This document shows, in pieces, positions 33,477-48,037 of a stretch of 64,000 nt of DNA. Source of the stretch: Monocercomonoides exilis PA203. Lineage: Eukaryota; Protista; Preaxostyla. Made by a program: the position numbers and the translations under genes. The stretch covers positions 124,001-188,000 of the forward strand of contig LSRY02000043.1 in the NCBI GenBank assembly GCA_001643675.2. The letters are read 5' to 3'. The notes under the pieces were generated by a model that did not search any database, had not been told where the DNA came from, and worked only from the letters and a program-made list of their open reading frames with translations. Within the stretch, counting starts at the first letter, position 1. The number at the start of each line of letters is the position of its first letter.

Positions 33477-36400
33477 ATGGATTTAGATGCGCTTTTAGCG
33501 TTAGAAGAATCGTGCTCAAATCTAGAATCGTTCTATGATTATAATAATTATGTAGTCTGCATTTTGACAATTTTTATGTTGAGAACTTTTTCACATCATA
33601 ATTATTCACAATTAACAAAACAGAAATATCATTCATTTCAACTAACTGATATTCCACATTTAAGCAACATATTTGGAACAGATGATTTCATTTATTCAAT
33701 GGATTTCAGTGCTTCAGAGCGTGAGAAAGCTGCTGTAGTTCATTTTCAGTTTTGCGTTTTTTTCGGTGAATAGAAAAAGTATTAACATATTAACAACAAC
33801 AACTTTAGGAAAGTCAAAAAAACTTTATTGCATCAAGAAGATGAAAGCAAACAACTGAAAGGACTGCTGAAAAAAGTTGACTTGACACTTGAAAAAATGG
33901 AGCAAACATCTCTTTCCACATTAAAGCAGTCACAGCCAATAATTGATGAAACCAAGCAAAAGCTTTGTGATATTGTATGCATTTTAAAATCTCGAACCCT
34001 TTTTAAATTATTGAACATTTAAGGATGACTTAATTCGTAGTGAAGAAAAATTGAAGTACGAACTTAATTACTTTGAGGAGTATGATAACTTAAGACGCAT
34101 TGTTGCAAATACGTCGTTTACAATTCGCTCTCCGTCGTTTTTTGAAACACAATGTCGAATCGATGAGGCCATCAGATTTATGCAAGAACATGTATGAAAC
34201 TGTTCATTTTAAACGCTGAACCAACTTTTTTTAAATACACTTAATTTTCATACTGATGTAGATTCATTATAAAAGTGCTGCTCAACAACTTCAGTCGCTT
34301 CAGTCGTTGCAAACCCGTACTTTAACTCTTATTCGCGATCATCTTCTTTTAACTTTCCGCACACAAGGAAACAAAACGGCGAACGAATTGAAGGTTTGAA
34401 TTTTAAAAGCTCTACAATTTCTGTCATAAGGATATTTGCTCTTTAAATTAATATTATTACTGGTCTTTTATAAAAACATCTTCAACTTCATAAATGAAAA
34501 AAAAAAATTGTATATTAATAACTTGAATAAACAAACAGACACGCTATGGAGATAACGGGGCAGAGTCGCTGATTTTGTATGTGCGGTACATGATGATGGG
34601 AAGCGACGTTGCTGATTTGATAGACTCGTTGGAGGACAGATGCTCCATTCCCAGGTGCGCCTTTCTTTTTACTATTTCTTATGAAAATATATTGAAATTT
34701 TATGACTTATTTACAATTTAAACGCAAAATCGGCTAATTTTTATATATTTCTGAATGTGAACTCCTTTGGCCTGAATAATAATGATAATAATAATAATTG
34801 TATATCATAATAAAATCGGTTCAGCCATGCTTCTCTTCTTCTCGAATGCATCCAGTCTTTTTTTTACTCGCGGGCAACAGCTGTCAGACGCTGCATTCAA
34901 CATCGCCTTCATTCAGCTACGTCGGCTTCTCTCTCAAATACTGTGTGAATTCCTTAATGTCTCTTTCTCTCTCTTTCTCTCTCTCTTTTATGTGTTTTTT
35001 TTTTCTTTTTTCTTTTTATCTTCGTTCTTTTGTTGCATTTGAACATAATATTTTTTATTATTCATATTTTTCCTCCCTATCTTTATTCCTTTCTTTATTT
35101 TGACAAATTTAATATTTACACTGAATACTTCTTTTCATTCCTTCCTTCCTTCCTCCTCCTTCTTTTTTCTTTTCTTTTCTTCTTCACTCCACTCCACACC
35201 CACACCTATTAACCAACTGGCCAATCATCTATCCATATATCCATCCATCCATCCATCCATCCATTTATCTCTCTATCATCCCTCTTCAGTTTCAAGAGCT
35301 GTTTCTGTACGTGTCTCAGGTCATGCAGGATGAAATCTCTCTTTTCTTCTCTCTTTTTGGCGTGATGGTCCCTATCGCTGCTGACCCATCAAAGAATATG
35401 CTTTCTGGTGAGGCAACAGATGGAGAAATTAATACGCAAAATTCTTCTTCATCATTATCATTTTCTTCTTCTTCCTCTTTTTCATCTCAATCTTATTCCA
35501 ATACAATTCCTAAACAGGCAGCACAAAACACCACAACCAGCGGTTACTTCCCGTTATTCAGAGGAAAAGCAATGAAAAGCCGACTTTCTGCACCCGCAGC
35601 CTCAAACACATCAAAATCTTCAATCAGAACAGACAAAGAGACAGACACAGACACAGACACAGACACAGAGAGAAACACAACTTCTGATCAAGATGATTAT
35701 TATTCTTCCTCTTCCTCCTCTTCTTCTTCTTCTTCATATTCTTCTCTGTCATCATCATCTTCTTCCTCTTCCTCTTCATCCCGCTCCTTCCCCTCCAAAC
35801 ACCCTCCTCCTTCCTACCTCACCATCGACCTCTCCTCTCTCCCCTTTTCTGAAGTTGAGCGACTCATTTCTCTGTTTGTGCTAACCTCCCCCGTCTTCTC
35901 TTCTCTCCAGTCGCATCTTTCTTCGCTTCTTTCTGACGTCTTCCTCTTTCTCCGCCCGCTTTTCCAGCAAAATCGCTCAATCGAAGCACTTTCTGAGGCG
36001 GTGGATGTCATCCGCAGCGAAATGGAGGCGCTGTCTGCGAGTGTGGCGATGGCTGGGAGAGGAGAAGGAGAAAGAGAAGGAGAAAGGGAAGAGAGAGAGG
36101 GAGAAGAGAGGAGAAGAGAAGGAAGAGAAGGAAAGAATGAAAGGGAAGAAGGAGAAGGAGAAGGAGGAGAAGAAGAGAGGAAAGCGGGTTTGTTTGGCGA
36201 GGCACAGAAAAGAATGCGTGTTCAACAAGAGAACAGAAATGATGATGCATATTCTAATCATTCAATAGATGATTCACCTTCTTTTCGTCTTTCACAAATA
36301 TCATCATCTTCTTCTCCCTCATTCTCTTCTTCTTCTTCTTCCTCTTCCTCTTCTTCCTCTTCTTCCTCTTCTTCCTCTTCTTCCTCTTCTTATTCTTCCT

Positions 36401-39400
36401 CCTTCTTCGCCCGCTGCTCCAAGCTTCTCCTCTCCTCCTCTCTCCAGCACTCCTACGGCCACTTCCTTTCCTCGCTCCTTCGCGAAGTCCAAGAGCAGCT
36501 TCTCTCAAGCGTCCTGCCCAGCTTGAGACAAGACGTCTACAGAAGACGTTTGACTTCGTCTGAGCTGATGCAGAAGAGAAAGAGGAAGGAAAGAATTGGC
36601 GTTCGGAATGATATTTTTGGCAAGGCGCATAATGAAAACACGCAAAGTGAGAAAGAAATGGCTGGGGAGAAGGAAATTTCAGTGAATAATAAGTTGAATT
36701 CTTCTCTTTCGTATTCACAGAACGAAGCTGAAAATGCACGAAATTTGAGACAGAAACAAGAGATGCTCCAACAAATGCAGCAGTCTCAGCATATTCCACC
36801 GCAACCACTTCAAATAGAAGAAAAACAAACTTCTTCATCTTCCATTTCTTCTGTTTCTCCTCCTCCTCCTTCATATAGCTCAATTAGCAGCGAACTTAAT
36901 CCTCCCAGTTATTATTCATCTTCTCCTTCTTCTTCAACCGATCAATATCCACACCCAACCAACAACCCATCTCTCCCCTCAGAACACGAGCAAATGCCCA
37001 TCTTCGAGCTTCCTGACGATTCGCTTGCTTTCCCTTCATTCAACGACTTTGGTGAAGATGTGCCTCATCCATCTCCCTTTGGAGAGCCATTCCAGACAGA
37101 AGACGAGATTTCACTGCCAAATGAAGAAATGCCACCACAGCCGAGTCCGTTTGGGAGTGGAGATGAGAACATGGAAGAGCATATGGAAACAGGGCAGAAG
37201 GGAAGAGAAGAAGAAAATAGAAGTTTTGCTGTTGATGCAGAAGAAGATAAGGCAAATGAACAGAATGTGCTTTCATCAGTTGATATGGGTCAAAGTGCAT
37301 CTCACTCTATTTCTTCTTCTTCAAACATTTCGCCATCATCATCATCTCTTCCTCCTCCTCTTTCTTCTTCTCCAACGTCAACTTCATCACAATCGTCAGC
37401 ATCGTCATCATCACAAAAACAGTCTCAGCCCCAACAACAGCAACAGAAAAGAGGACTTTTCAGCCGAATTCTCTTATCTCCCATCACAGCCACTTCGATG
37501 CTGTTCAAAGGACCCAACAAAAAACAGGATATCAAAGCAGGAAATGAAACAAACACAGAAATGGATCAAAATAACAGCTATGAACACGGACAAGCTCTTA
37601 AAGCAGAACAAGAATTGCTTCAACAATCAGCAGAAGACAACTCCACTGCGGTCAATGAAGAACTTTCGTCTTTTCCTCCTCCTTCTTCTGTCACACCTTC
37701 TTCTATCACATCCACTACAACCACATCTTCATTGGACTCATCTGCATCGCCTGCTCAGCAACAAAGCAGAGGAAAATGGTGGCTGTTTGGCTTGGGAGGC
37801 TGGGCAAGACAAGGGCAGCAGCAGAACAGCCAACAACAACAACAGCAATTTGATGGAGGCTTAAATGAAGGAAGCGGCAGATACGACGATGGAGATGTGT
37901 ATGACGACTCCCTCGCATTCACAGACGATGGAAGTCTAACAACTGCTGCGTCATCGTCTGCTTCCTCTTCTACAATGTATGTGGTGTGCCCATTTGCATA
38001 TCCTCCGCTCCTCACCTGCACCTCCACGCTGCTTCAGCTGCGTCTTTCTCTGACTCTCCCGCAGTTCAACTCGGCGTCTGGCGAAGTGATTGACGCTGCT
38101 TTGTTTTCGATGTCTTCGGCAGCGAAGTGGATCAGCGTGCACCGCTCGTCTGTGGAAGGGCACTTGTTTCTGCTGGCAGGCGCGCTGGCGCTGAGAGAGG
38201 CAGAATGGCTGTGCATTATGCAGAGGAGAGGAGGAGGAGGAGGAGGAGGAGGAGGAGGGGAGAGAAGGAGGATGAGGCAGTATCAGCAGCAACAGCAGCA
38301 GAGGATGGGGGCAGTAGAGAATGAATATGGAGTTGTTCCTGGAAGCAGCGGAAGAGTTGAGATGCTGCTTGGTGCAGGCAGCGTTGCCAGAGATGAGAAT
38401 TGCGAGGTCATTAGAGAAGAGCTGGCTGTTGTGGGCAGACTGAAAGCAGCGCTGAAGCAGCAAGCGCCTTCGTCTGCACAAAACTCGCTTTCTCTTTTCC
38501 TTTCAACAGAAAACACTTCTTCGGAATACGCATCTCTTCTAACTGATCCTGCAACACGATTGCTTGGAGGTTATCCTTATTCATCATCATCATCTTCTTC
38601 TTCTTCTTCTTCCTTTTCTTCCTCTTCTTCCTCTTCTTCCTTCTCATCCCGCCGAAGCGTCTGGTCAGCCGCTCTTCCTCTCTCCTCCACTTCCGACTCA
38701 TCTGCCGAGTCTGTCTTCTCATTCATGTCCAGCAATTCGCACCTGTTCCTATCCGATCGCCTGGACACTTCTTCTTCTCGCTCTCAACCGCCGAGGCAGA
38801 TGCTGAATGCGAATGCGCATCTGTCTGAGGTGATCACGTCGAACTGCCGGCTGTTTGTGTCTGCAGCCTTTCGCATGTTCACCCAGCCACTCGCTGCCAT
38901 CTTCTCGCACTCAATCAGCAGCGATGCTCATTCTATTGAAGAGCTGTTTGTCTCCTGTTCGCAGCTAACCCCAGCTGCAGCTGCTGCTGAAGGGCACATT
39001 GGAACCGCGGGGGAGAAGAGGAGCGCAAATGAGGAGATGAAGCAGAAGAAGGAGATTCTTGTTGTCGAGTCGCTGATCGGCTTCCAGCCGGTGGCTCTGG
39101 TGAATGCGATAGCGGCACTCACTGGAATATCTAAAGGTGTGAAATACATTTTTGAGAGTTTTGTGTTTGAATTTTTGAATTTTTTTATTATGTTTTCCTT
39201 TTTTCTTTCTTTTCTTTTAACTTTATCAATATTTTTCTCATTATTTATTCGTATCAATATTTGTTGGACAATTCATTTTGCATTGATAGACAATTTTGTG
39301 AGGCAGTCTTCGAATATTTTCAACCATATTGATTTGAGAATGAAGTTTATTGAAGAAATCATTGAAGGAAATCTTTGTCTCAAAGATAACACTCTTCTCA

Positions 39401-39468
39401 TTCTGATATCAAGAGCGTTAAGATCAATTTCTCAAAAAATAATAGATGTTTTATTACAAAAGTTATGA
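33477..39468 (+). CDS. COG3: Conserved oligomeric Golgi complex subunit 3 (Sec34) with large low-complexity insertions
   Basis: Exons encode LNYFEEYDNLRR...FFETQCRIDEAIRFMQEH-HYKSA...LQTRTLTLIR, LLREVQEQL and YPPLLTC...EGHLFLL...LRE, which are COG3/Sec34-like blocks. Confidence 0.72.
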
Positions 39469-39843
39469 ATGTTTCATCATTCTCATTTTTAGTTTTAGGA
39501 TTATTTAAAATTTATTTTTGTTTTTGTTTTTGGTTTCTTTATGATTTTTGTTTCACTTAAAAAAAAGAAAGACTCAAAAACGGAAAATATTTCAAAATTC
39601 TTTTTTTGAGAAAAATGATAAAAAAAATTGCTTAGTGCCTCTATTATATTTTAATTTTTATTTAAAATCTGAATTTTCCACTCAAAATTTGTTAATTAAA
39701 GAATTGTAATTCATAAAAACACACAACATGAAAACAACAAATAAAAGCTGCATAGAAAAACAAAACAAAAATAGAAACAAAAAAGAAGAAACAGACCCAA
39801 AATGAAAAGCATTTCATAAAACACATCCAACATCTCTCCACCT

Positions 39844-42800
39844 TCACATAATTCTCCCCGATTTAATCGACCTTAAATAAGCATTGTGGAACTCCACATC
39901 CTCCACCCAGCTCACCACAGACGTCCCTCTCACTGGCTGTATCGCCTTCTGCTCCATCTGCTGTGCTCTCCTCGCAGACATCAGCAGCTTTTCCAGAAGA
40001 ACACGCGACTGCGACTTCTGAATGGGAGGCAGGCGGAATTGCGAAGTAAACGTAATGTCGGATTCACTGGAAGAAGAAGAGGAGGAGGAGGAGGAAGAAG
40101 AACCAGGTGTTGATAAAAGCGAAGGCATCTGGTGGTTCTGGAGTGGTGTCATCACAACAGTTGTTCCGTCGTTCTGTGAATGTGAAATCTGCCTTCCATC
40201 AATCAGCGTTGGTGTCATCAGAGAAGAATCAGAACCAGGTCCAGTGCCGCTTGCCTCTTCACCTGTTGTGGCAGCAGCTTCTGCATTATTTTGCACTGCT
40301 TCGTTTGCATCCACCCGATTTTCACTCAGTTCTTGTGATTGTTTTAAACCTTCTTCTCCTTCTACTGCTCCATTCTCTTTTCTGTCCTGTGTCTCTAATT
40401 GCGCTTTAGATACATCTGAAAACAAACCAAAATGCCTCGTCCCCATCTGAGGCACCACAACAGGCGTCGATGCCTTGTTCAGCACATTCATCGACTCCAG
40501 TAGCATCTCGTGCGCATGCTTCATCGGTGTCACCTTGTCAATCTTCACTCCCTTTTCATTCTCCTTCTTCTCCTTCCCTTCCTCTTCTTCTCTCCCTTCT
40601 GATGTTCTTTGCTGCATTGCCGCATCTCTGCTGCTTCCTTCTCTGCTTCTGATCGTCTTCAATCGGCTCGTCATCAGCGGCGAGCTTGCCATCAGCGGTG
40701 TGGTTGATGGAGTGTATGCCTCTTTCTCCTCCTCATCTGCCGCAACCATTCGGACAGATGTCTGAATCACATCTCTTTGCACTCCATCGCCCAATGCCCC
40801 TGGAACAGACCCATCTACTTCTCTCTGTGTCTCCCTCAGAATGTGCTCATACAGCGGGTCCTTCAGCATCTCTATCATCGGCCGTCTGTTGATGTCCAGC
40901 GAATGCTTCTGTGCTTCTTCAGAAGGAGAAGGCGGCATTCTGTTCTCTCCTTCTCCTTCTTTCTTCTTCGGCTGCTGCGGTGATGAGCGGCCAGGCGCAG
41001 AGAACTCGTGGAAGTTCCTCATGTTCTCCATCCGCTTCGCCTCGTCTCTTGCTGCAAAAAGCAGCGCCAGTGCAGAAGACGTCGCTCGCACCTCGTTCCC
41101 CACAAAGCCTGGCGCCATCTCATCGCTCAATGGAATGAGAGGCGGTGAGTTCGGGCGAGGAAGCGGGGCTGGGTTTGAGCTGAGGCCTGTGTGTGTCGCC
41201 AGCAGAGGTGCTGTGCCCATCACAAGCTCGCCGCTGACAGTGCGGGGAGAAGTGAAGGAGGTTGTGGCGCGTGAGAGGAACGGGGACATTGTGATATGGC
41301 GAGCAGTAAAGGGAGATATTTGCTCCTGTTGGGCAGCTCTTTGCGTCTGATCGGCTGCTGTAGAAGAGGATGATGATGTCAGATTCATCTTAATGTGCTG
41401 TATTCCAAATGGGCCAGATGAATCGCTCCCTTGTTGCATCGATGCTGTCTGTCCATTGATTCTCTGGTTCTCTCCCAAATTCTCCAGATATTCCCTTCCA
41501 TCATTGAATGCACCGCCAAGTTCTCCCAAAAGCAGCTCATCGTTCAGAGAGGGCATCTCCACAGACATCTCCACCAGATCAGCCGGTGCCTCTGTGTCCA
41601 CCAGAAACTGGTCAGGAATGTTCCACTGAGTGATAGAAGAGGGAAGATTGCTGTTAGAAGAAGGAGAAGATGAAGATGAAGATGATGAAGCATTTTGTGT
41701 CTCATTATTCTGATTCGCTACTCTCCCTTGCACAAACCCTGTATCCTTCATCCCATGCCTCCGTGTCGACTTGAATGTAAACAGAGGATCAGTTGTCACT
41801 TCCACCTCTTCTCTCCCGCTGTCCTCCACCAAACGCCCCTCACTCAGCCTCATCCCCTCCGGCAGCATCTGCCTCGCCGACGCATTCTGCAGCTTCGACA
41901 AAGGCAGACTCGGAACTTGCGATCCTTCTCTCTCTGATCCAAGCATCAGTGTGCGGGCAACAGGTGTTTGAGCAGTGGAAGAGGAAGGCAATGACGAGAG
42001 TGTGGCCGATGGCTGCAGCTGCGTCGGCGGCGGCACAAACGGCAGAACAGCCTGGTTCGTCTCACTTTTTGTGGGGTCGGCCTTGATGAAGCCAGGTGTC
42101 CGTGTAGACTGCAATGAGTTCGGAATGTGCTTCGTCTTCGTTGGAGATTCTGCTCGTGAAAGATAAAGCGCATTCACTGAAGCTATCGCTGCTCCTGCTT
42201 CTGAAGAGCCTTGTGGCTGCTTCTGCTTCTCTCCTTCGGAATCTCCAAACAGATTTCCGTACTTCGCAACAAGTCTGCTGCTTACCCCAAATTTCGCCTT
42301 CTCGTTCTCCTTCTCTTTTTCATACAGTTCCTTCTGGATTGCCTCCGCCTGCTCCATCTTCCTCCTCAGTTCGTCTGCCCTCTTCTTCCTCCTCTCCTCC
42401 TCTTCCTTCGATGATTCCATCTTCCTCTTCCTCGCCATCTCCTTCTCCGCCTCTACTCTCCACAGCTCCATCAGCTCCAACCGAAACAGCTCCTTCAGCA
42501 GCCCAAACGAAGGCACTTGTCTTATCCCCCCTTTTCCCAGGCACGCTTTTATCACCCACTTGATGAATGGCCACGGAATCTCATCAACAGACCCACCAGC
42601 CCCACCAATCGCTTCTGCCTTCGCGTTCTCCTCAAACAGCTGCCCAGCTGTCATCACTTTGCCAGTCGCGATCTCGTGCAGAAGGAGGCCGAAGGCGTTG
42701 ATGTCGTCTTTTGTGGGCGAAGACATAGGGACAAAGAGAGTAGGGGCTGTGGAGGAGCGGGGCTGGCGATTAGAGCGAGTGGGAGAGTGAAATGCAGAGG

Positions 42801-45800
42801 GAGAAGAAGAGGAAGAGACTGACGATGTAATGTGAGATGCAGTGAATGTGTTGGGAGATGAGCTGAGGGAAGACTGGAGTGAATGGTCTGTTTGTGTGTC
42901 TGGCTGAAGTGGAGTGGATGAAGTGGATGGATAGATTGAAGTGGAAGAGGGTTGATATGACTCAGAAGAAGAAGTTAAATGTTGTGGAATTGGCTGAAGG
43001 AGTGAATGAGATGAAGGAGAATTGTTAGAAGCATCGGAAGAAGCAGACTGAGATGTGGTTGAGGATTGGAGAGGAGAATCATAAAGAGAAGAGTCAGCTC
43101 CATTATTTGAAGAAGAAGAAGACGATGATGATGATGATGACAATGAAATGATAGAAGCAGAAGAATATATAGAAGAAGAAGGGTTTTCATCAGCACCTGA
43201 AGAAGAAGAAGATGATGATGATGAAGCCGCATTCATCCCCCTCATTTTCAGTGCATCAATCGAAAACAGCTTTGACTCCGCTGTCTTCCTTTCAGCTTCT
43301 CCTTCATTGCCTGTTCTTGTCTGGTTGAAGTAGTTCGTGATCAGCCTCTCATTCACTCGCATCGAGCAGAATGTTGTGAGGAAGAAAGACGACAGCGCAG
43401 GATCAACACCATCTGAAGCAGACATAATAGGAGAGGGAGAAGAAGAAGAGCTGCCATTGTAATAGCGCAGACTGAGCCCCAGCTTCTGTGTGAATGGCTT
43501 CCCCATTGAGCTGCTGGGTGTTCGCAGTTCGTGTGGCGTGCGTGGAGAAGAAAGAAACTGGGACGATCCATTTCTCGTCTGCTCGCCCGCATTCGCTGCT
43601 GCAAAGTAATCCTCCCCTTTTCCACTTCTCCCACCTCTTGTGAATGCATTCGGTGATGTCACACTTCCATTCCCTAGTTCTCCTTCTCCTGTTCTCCCAA
43701 CTCCTCTAGTGTTCATCGGCGATGCCAGCCGGTTCCCCAGCAGTGTCCCTCCCTTCGCACTGACGCTGCTGTGTGTGGCATCAAACACATTGACCGTCTT
43801 CAAGTGCATCGTCAGCCTGCCCAGACCCCACATCATCAACAGCGGAGCGTGTGTTTTGGGTGTTAATGCAATTAGACAGCTCTCTTGCAATGCCCCGTGG
43901 AGGATGGGCTGCTCAAAGGCTGTGTGGAGGAAGTCCATCGCGGTGCAGATGCCGTATGCCAGGCGAAGAGTCTCACTATATGAAACAAGCACATGCTGAG
44001 TATGCAATAAAGTGTGGAGTGTTAAGGGCGGAGGCTGTGCAGTTGCAATGGTTATCCCCTTTCTGGTGGAGATGACACCATAATATGGCACCAGGAACCG
44101 CTGCCTCACACGAAACAGCTTCTCAAAATGGCGTGTTTGGAGGAGGTGGTTGATGGTGGTGTCATTGCAAGGCGAATAAAACAGCTGAAGGGGATGTGTG
44201 TGACCCATTGATGCGCTGCCAAATGTGTGAGTGACTGAGCGGAAGGTTGAAGAAGGCGAGGGAGAAGGAGAAGGAGAGGAAAGAGGAAAGTTGCGGTCGG
44301 TGGAAGAAAGAGGAGGAGAAGGAGGTGGAGAGAAGAAGCCAGACGCGCCAATTTGAAAGGAGGAACGAAAAGAAGAAGAAGAAGAAGAAGAAGAGTCAGC
44401 GCCGCTTGGTGAGTATTCTGAGTATCGTGTGAATGTGGTGCCTTCGCTGAAAGGGTTGCTGAAGTCTCCTTCTCTCACAAACGTCGATGAAAGGGCTGCT
44501 CTTGCTGCAAAATGAGACACAATCTGCTGGCTGCTTCGGCTTCTGTCGCTTTCTGTGTCATACAAGCGCCGTGTGCCTTGTGGAGACGATATAGACGAGA
44601 TGCTTCTGTTTCTGCTTTCTTCTCTTCCTGCTGTATCTTCTTCTTTCTCTCTCTCCCTTTCTGCCTCTTCCTCAGCCGCTGCCTGCTGTCCGCCCACGAA
44701 GTCGTGCCAGAGCTCCTCTTCTTCCTCGTCCAGCGTGTCTCTCTTGTCGATCCTGCCCCACAAAGCATCTCGTGTCACAAAGCGGAAGAACCCTGTCTGT
44801 CCGAGTGTGGAGCGGCGGGTGAGGAAGAAGCGGGGCGGAAGAGAAGGAGAAGAAGAAGAAGGAGAAGGAGAAGGAGAGTATGAAGGAGAGTATGAAGGGT
44901 AAATGCTGGTGTTCTCCGAGATGGTTGGAGGGTTTGTGATGATGACAGCGTTGGGGCTGATGAAGTGGTTGTTTGTCTTGAAGGAGAAGACGATGGAGTG
45001 GATGAGGCGGAAACGCGAGTAGTCGTAGAGCCATTTGTTGATGCGGACAAAATAGACAGTCGACGGAAGCATCGGCTGGCGGGGCACAAGATCGATGATG
45101 GAGGCGTTGGACGGGTCAGGGCGGATGACAAAGAGATGGGGTGGGTAGATCTGAGAAGGTGGAATTGAAAGAAGTGGAGGAGGAGGGGAAATGAAAGGGT
45201 TGATGATGAGGAGAAGGGAAAGTGGGAAAAGAAAAAAATAAAAATAAATTGAAATTTTGCATTATTAAAAAAGATTGAATAAACAAACTGAAATATTCTT
45301 TCGAGCACTGTCGATGTCAAACGGCCGGTCAAAGCACAGATGAATCGTCTGTATTCTGGAACATTTCTCAGACCTGTTGTGTTTGTTTTTAGGATAGAAA
45401 GATATTGCATCATTAAAATGTCACATCCAAAATGTAAAAAAGATTTGTCAGAAACAAAAATCGTGCGATTTTTTTGAGATAGAAGTTGAATCATCAAAGA
45501 AAATGAATATTTCCGAATAATAATAATAATAATAATCCAAACAAAAAAAAATCTCAATCAATTACAACAAAAAATACACACTTGTGCTCAGGGAATGTCT
45601 TCAACAAAACAGGATGTGAATATCCAGTTGTGAAAAAAGACCATTTCAGCTCGTAAACTCTTTCCCTCTTCCTTCCTCTTCCGGTCGTCTGTGTAATGGT
45701 TCCATAATCTTCAGCACTTAATTCATCTTCAGTCATCCATTTTGCGTTCATCGGATCAAAATCTCTCGTTCCATTCCACTCTTCATGCATTTTCTCACTT

Positions 45801-46697
45801 CCCAGTTGCTCCGCTTCTCCATCGTTCCGTTGATTGATGGATGTGTGCGTTTCCAATAGATCTTTGTGAGAAGCTTTCGATCGGCCATGTGCTTTATCTT
45901 TAATTGACGCGACAAAAGTATTCCATTCTTGTTCATGTTCTTTAGTAAGTTTAATGTCTGATTGCTGCCCACGATCTCCAGGCCGTTTCTCTGATTTTTG
46001 GTTTGATGTTATGTTCGGTTCGTTTTGCAGCTGCTTCGTTTTTGTTGAAGATGATCGTTGTTGAAATTCTGATTTTGGTTTTTTGTGGAGTCGTGAAATA
46101 GCTTCTGCTAAACGTGTATTTGTTAAAGATGGATCAGATTCATCATTCAAAGAAGTGGTAAAAGAATCTTTATTCGGTAATCGGGAAGAAGGACGTGTAT
46201 TGGCTCGATTTGTTCCTTCAGGAGAATTTCTATCTGCACTTAATGGTGAAAAACTCGACTCAACTTCGTCTGTAAAAAGAGAGTTTCGAATTTTATATTT
46301 GACAATAATCTGGTATTCAGTTTCTGGTTGTTTTATAAAGTTTATTTCTTTCAAATCGAAAAATAGAAAAGAAACAAGCCATACTTGGATCCAAAGGTTT
46401 ATCTGGACGAAACTCGATTCTATCAAAATCCCCACTACTATCATCAGCCTTAGCAACTGTACGAGTGGTTGTAATTTTCCCGCTAATTGTAATCCACGGC
46501 TTTAATATGTTTACAACTGAAAATTTTATCAATTCATATACTGGGCGAATAAAACGGATCCAAATGGTCAAATCCGTTGAAATATTGCACATGAGAGAGG
46601 TTATGAATGGTGCAGCAGGAGGATATGAGGCAAGAAGCCCAAAATCCCTTGGGTTATCGCGTGGAAGGATAATTTCAAACCGTTTCTTTCCAGGCAT
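39844..46697 (-). CDS. Large multi-exon protein with a split, degenerate kinase-like domain and Ser-rich/coiled-coil regions
   Basis: The 1747-aa terminal exon has LVPYYGV, LAYGICTAMDFLH...PILHGAL, MWGLGR and DDINAFGLLLHEIATG. Upstream exons at about 46697-46385, 46322-45580 and 45375-45290. The 5' structure is inferred. Confidence 0.65.
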
Positions 46698-46718
46698 CAC
46701 GCATAAAGGTATAGATCA

Positions 46719-48037
46719 ATGTTATCAGAAGATACCGATTTTTCGGAAGAAGAAGAAGAAGAAAGCGGGGAAGAAAATAAAAAAACATCTTTAAAAGATT
46801 TTACAAACGAAATTTTAAAGTTGGATAATTTTGATGATTTGGCAGAATTGTTGGAGGAAAATCTTGACCATGAGTGTGTTTTTCTAAGATAATTGAATGT
46901 TTTTGTGCTGTAATACAACATTTCGAATTTCCTTTAGAGGACTTGCATCGGCATTGCTTAGAACCATTACGATGTTGCCTGTTCGACTGAAATGTTTGTT
47001 TTTTTATTTTAGTTTTTCTTGTTTATTTAACATTTCTAAAGGCTCTCCATTTATTTTACAGACGTCGGATGAAGTATAAATTATAAATTCTTTGTGATAT
47101 TGAAATGATTTTTGTCTTTCATAATTGAAGCCTTTGATCAAGCCAGAAAGTTCATTGTATAAAGTACTTGTTGCGGCTACCAGCGATTGTCTGTTGGCAG
47201 GAGATGCATTTGATGCAATTTATACAATATTATCATTTCACCCATCTGATTCAAAGCAATTTCACGGTTTGCATTCTTTTGTTTTGTTTTGTTAAATTTT
47301 TTGGTTTTGTTTTTAGTAATGCAGAACGCTTTTGTCGAGGCAGAAGTTATTGAAAATGCATTTTCTTGTTTGGAGGAGAACTTTTTAATTAACTATGCCC
47401 CATCTGAGCAGGCTGAATTGGTTGGTTCTATTGTTGACACACTTTCTATTGTTTTAGAAAATAATGGTATAACATTTGATGATATTAAATTTTTATACTT
47501 TATTTTTTATTTTAAAAATCAGAATCTGCTCTTTCGAAATTTTTAGAAAAAATGCAGTTGAATTCTCCTTTTGAAAGCATTATCAAATCTCCAGATTTGT
47601 CAGATTTTGCATGTTCTTCTGCCACATCTTCAACATCTTCTTCTTCACAATGTAATTTCCATGTTTCATCATTCCTTGATGAAAGCGTGAAAGAAGATAT
47701 ATTATCGTTGATAAAGCTTGCGTCAGAGCAAATGAAGCATTGAATCAATAATTTTGCATTTATTCATGCTCGAATTTTTCAGATATTCCAGTGCGAATCA
47801 CATCTTTGAATGTTCTGCTTTCGTGCTGCATATTAATTATTGATAAATCAAAATGCTATCATAGCGATTGATTTTGAATGCAGAAATTTACAAGTTATTC
47901 CTTTTATTGTAAATAATCTGACAAATAGTGACAAAAAATTTTTATTGAAATGACTCTAATTGAGAAAGTATTTCCGCAAGGCAAAGACATTGAGATTTGC
48001 GTAAATTGTCAATTTCAGAAATTCATATCAGCACTAA
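46719..48037 (+). CDS. Multi-exon hypothetical protein with acidic N-terminus (helical-repeat-like)
   Basis: ATG 46719 opens MLSEDTDFSEEEEEESGEE...LEENLDHE before a GT donor. Further short exons lie between AT-rich introns (e.g. NAFVEAEVIENAFSCLEE). The 3' end is approximate. Confidence 0.5.
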
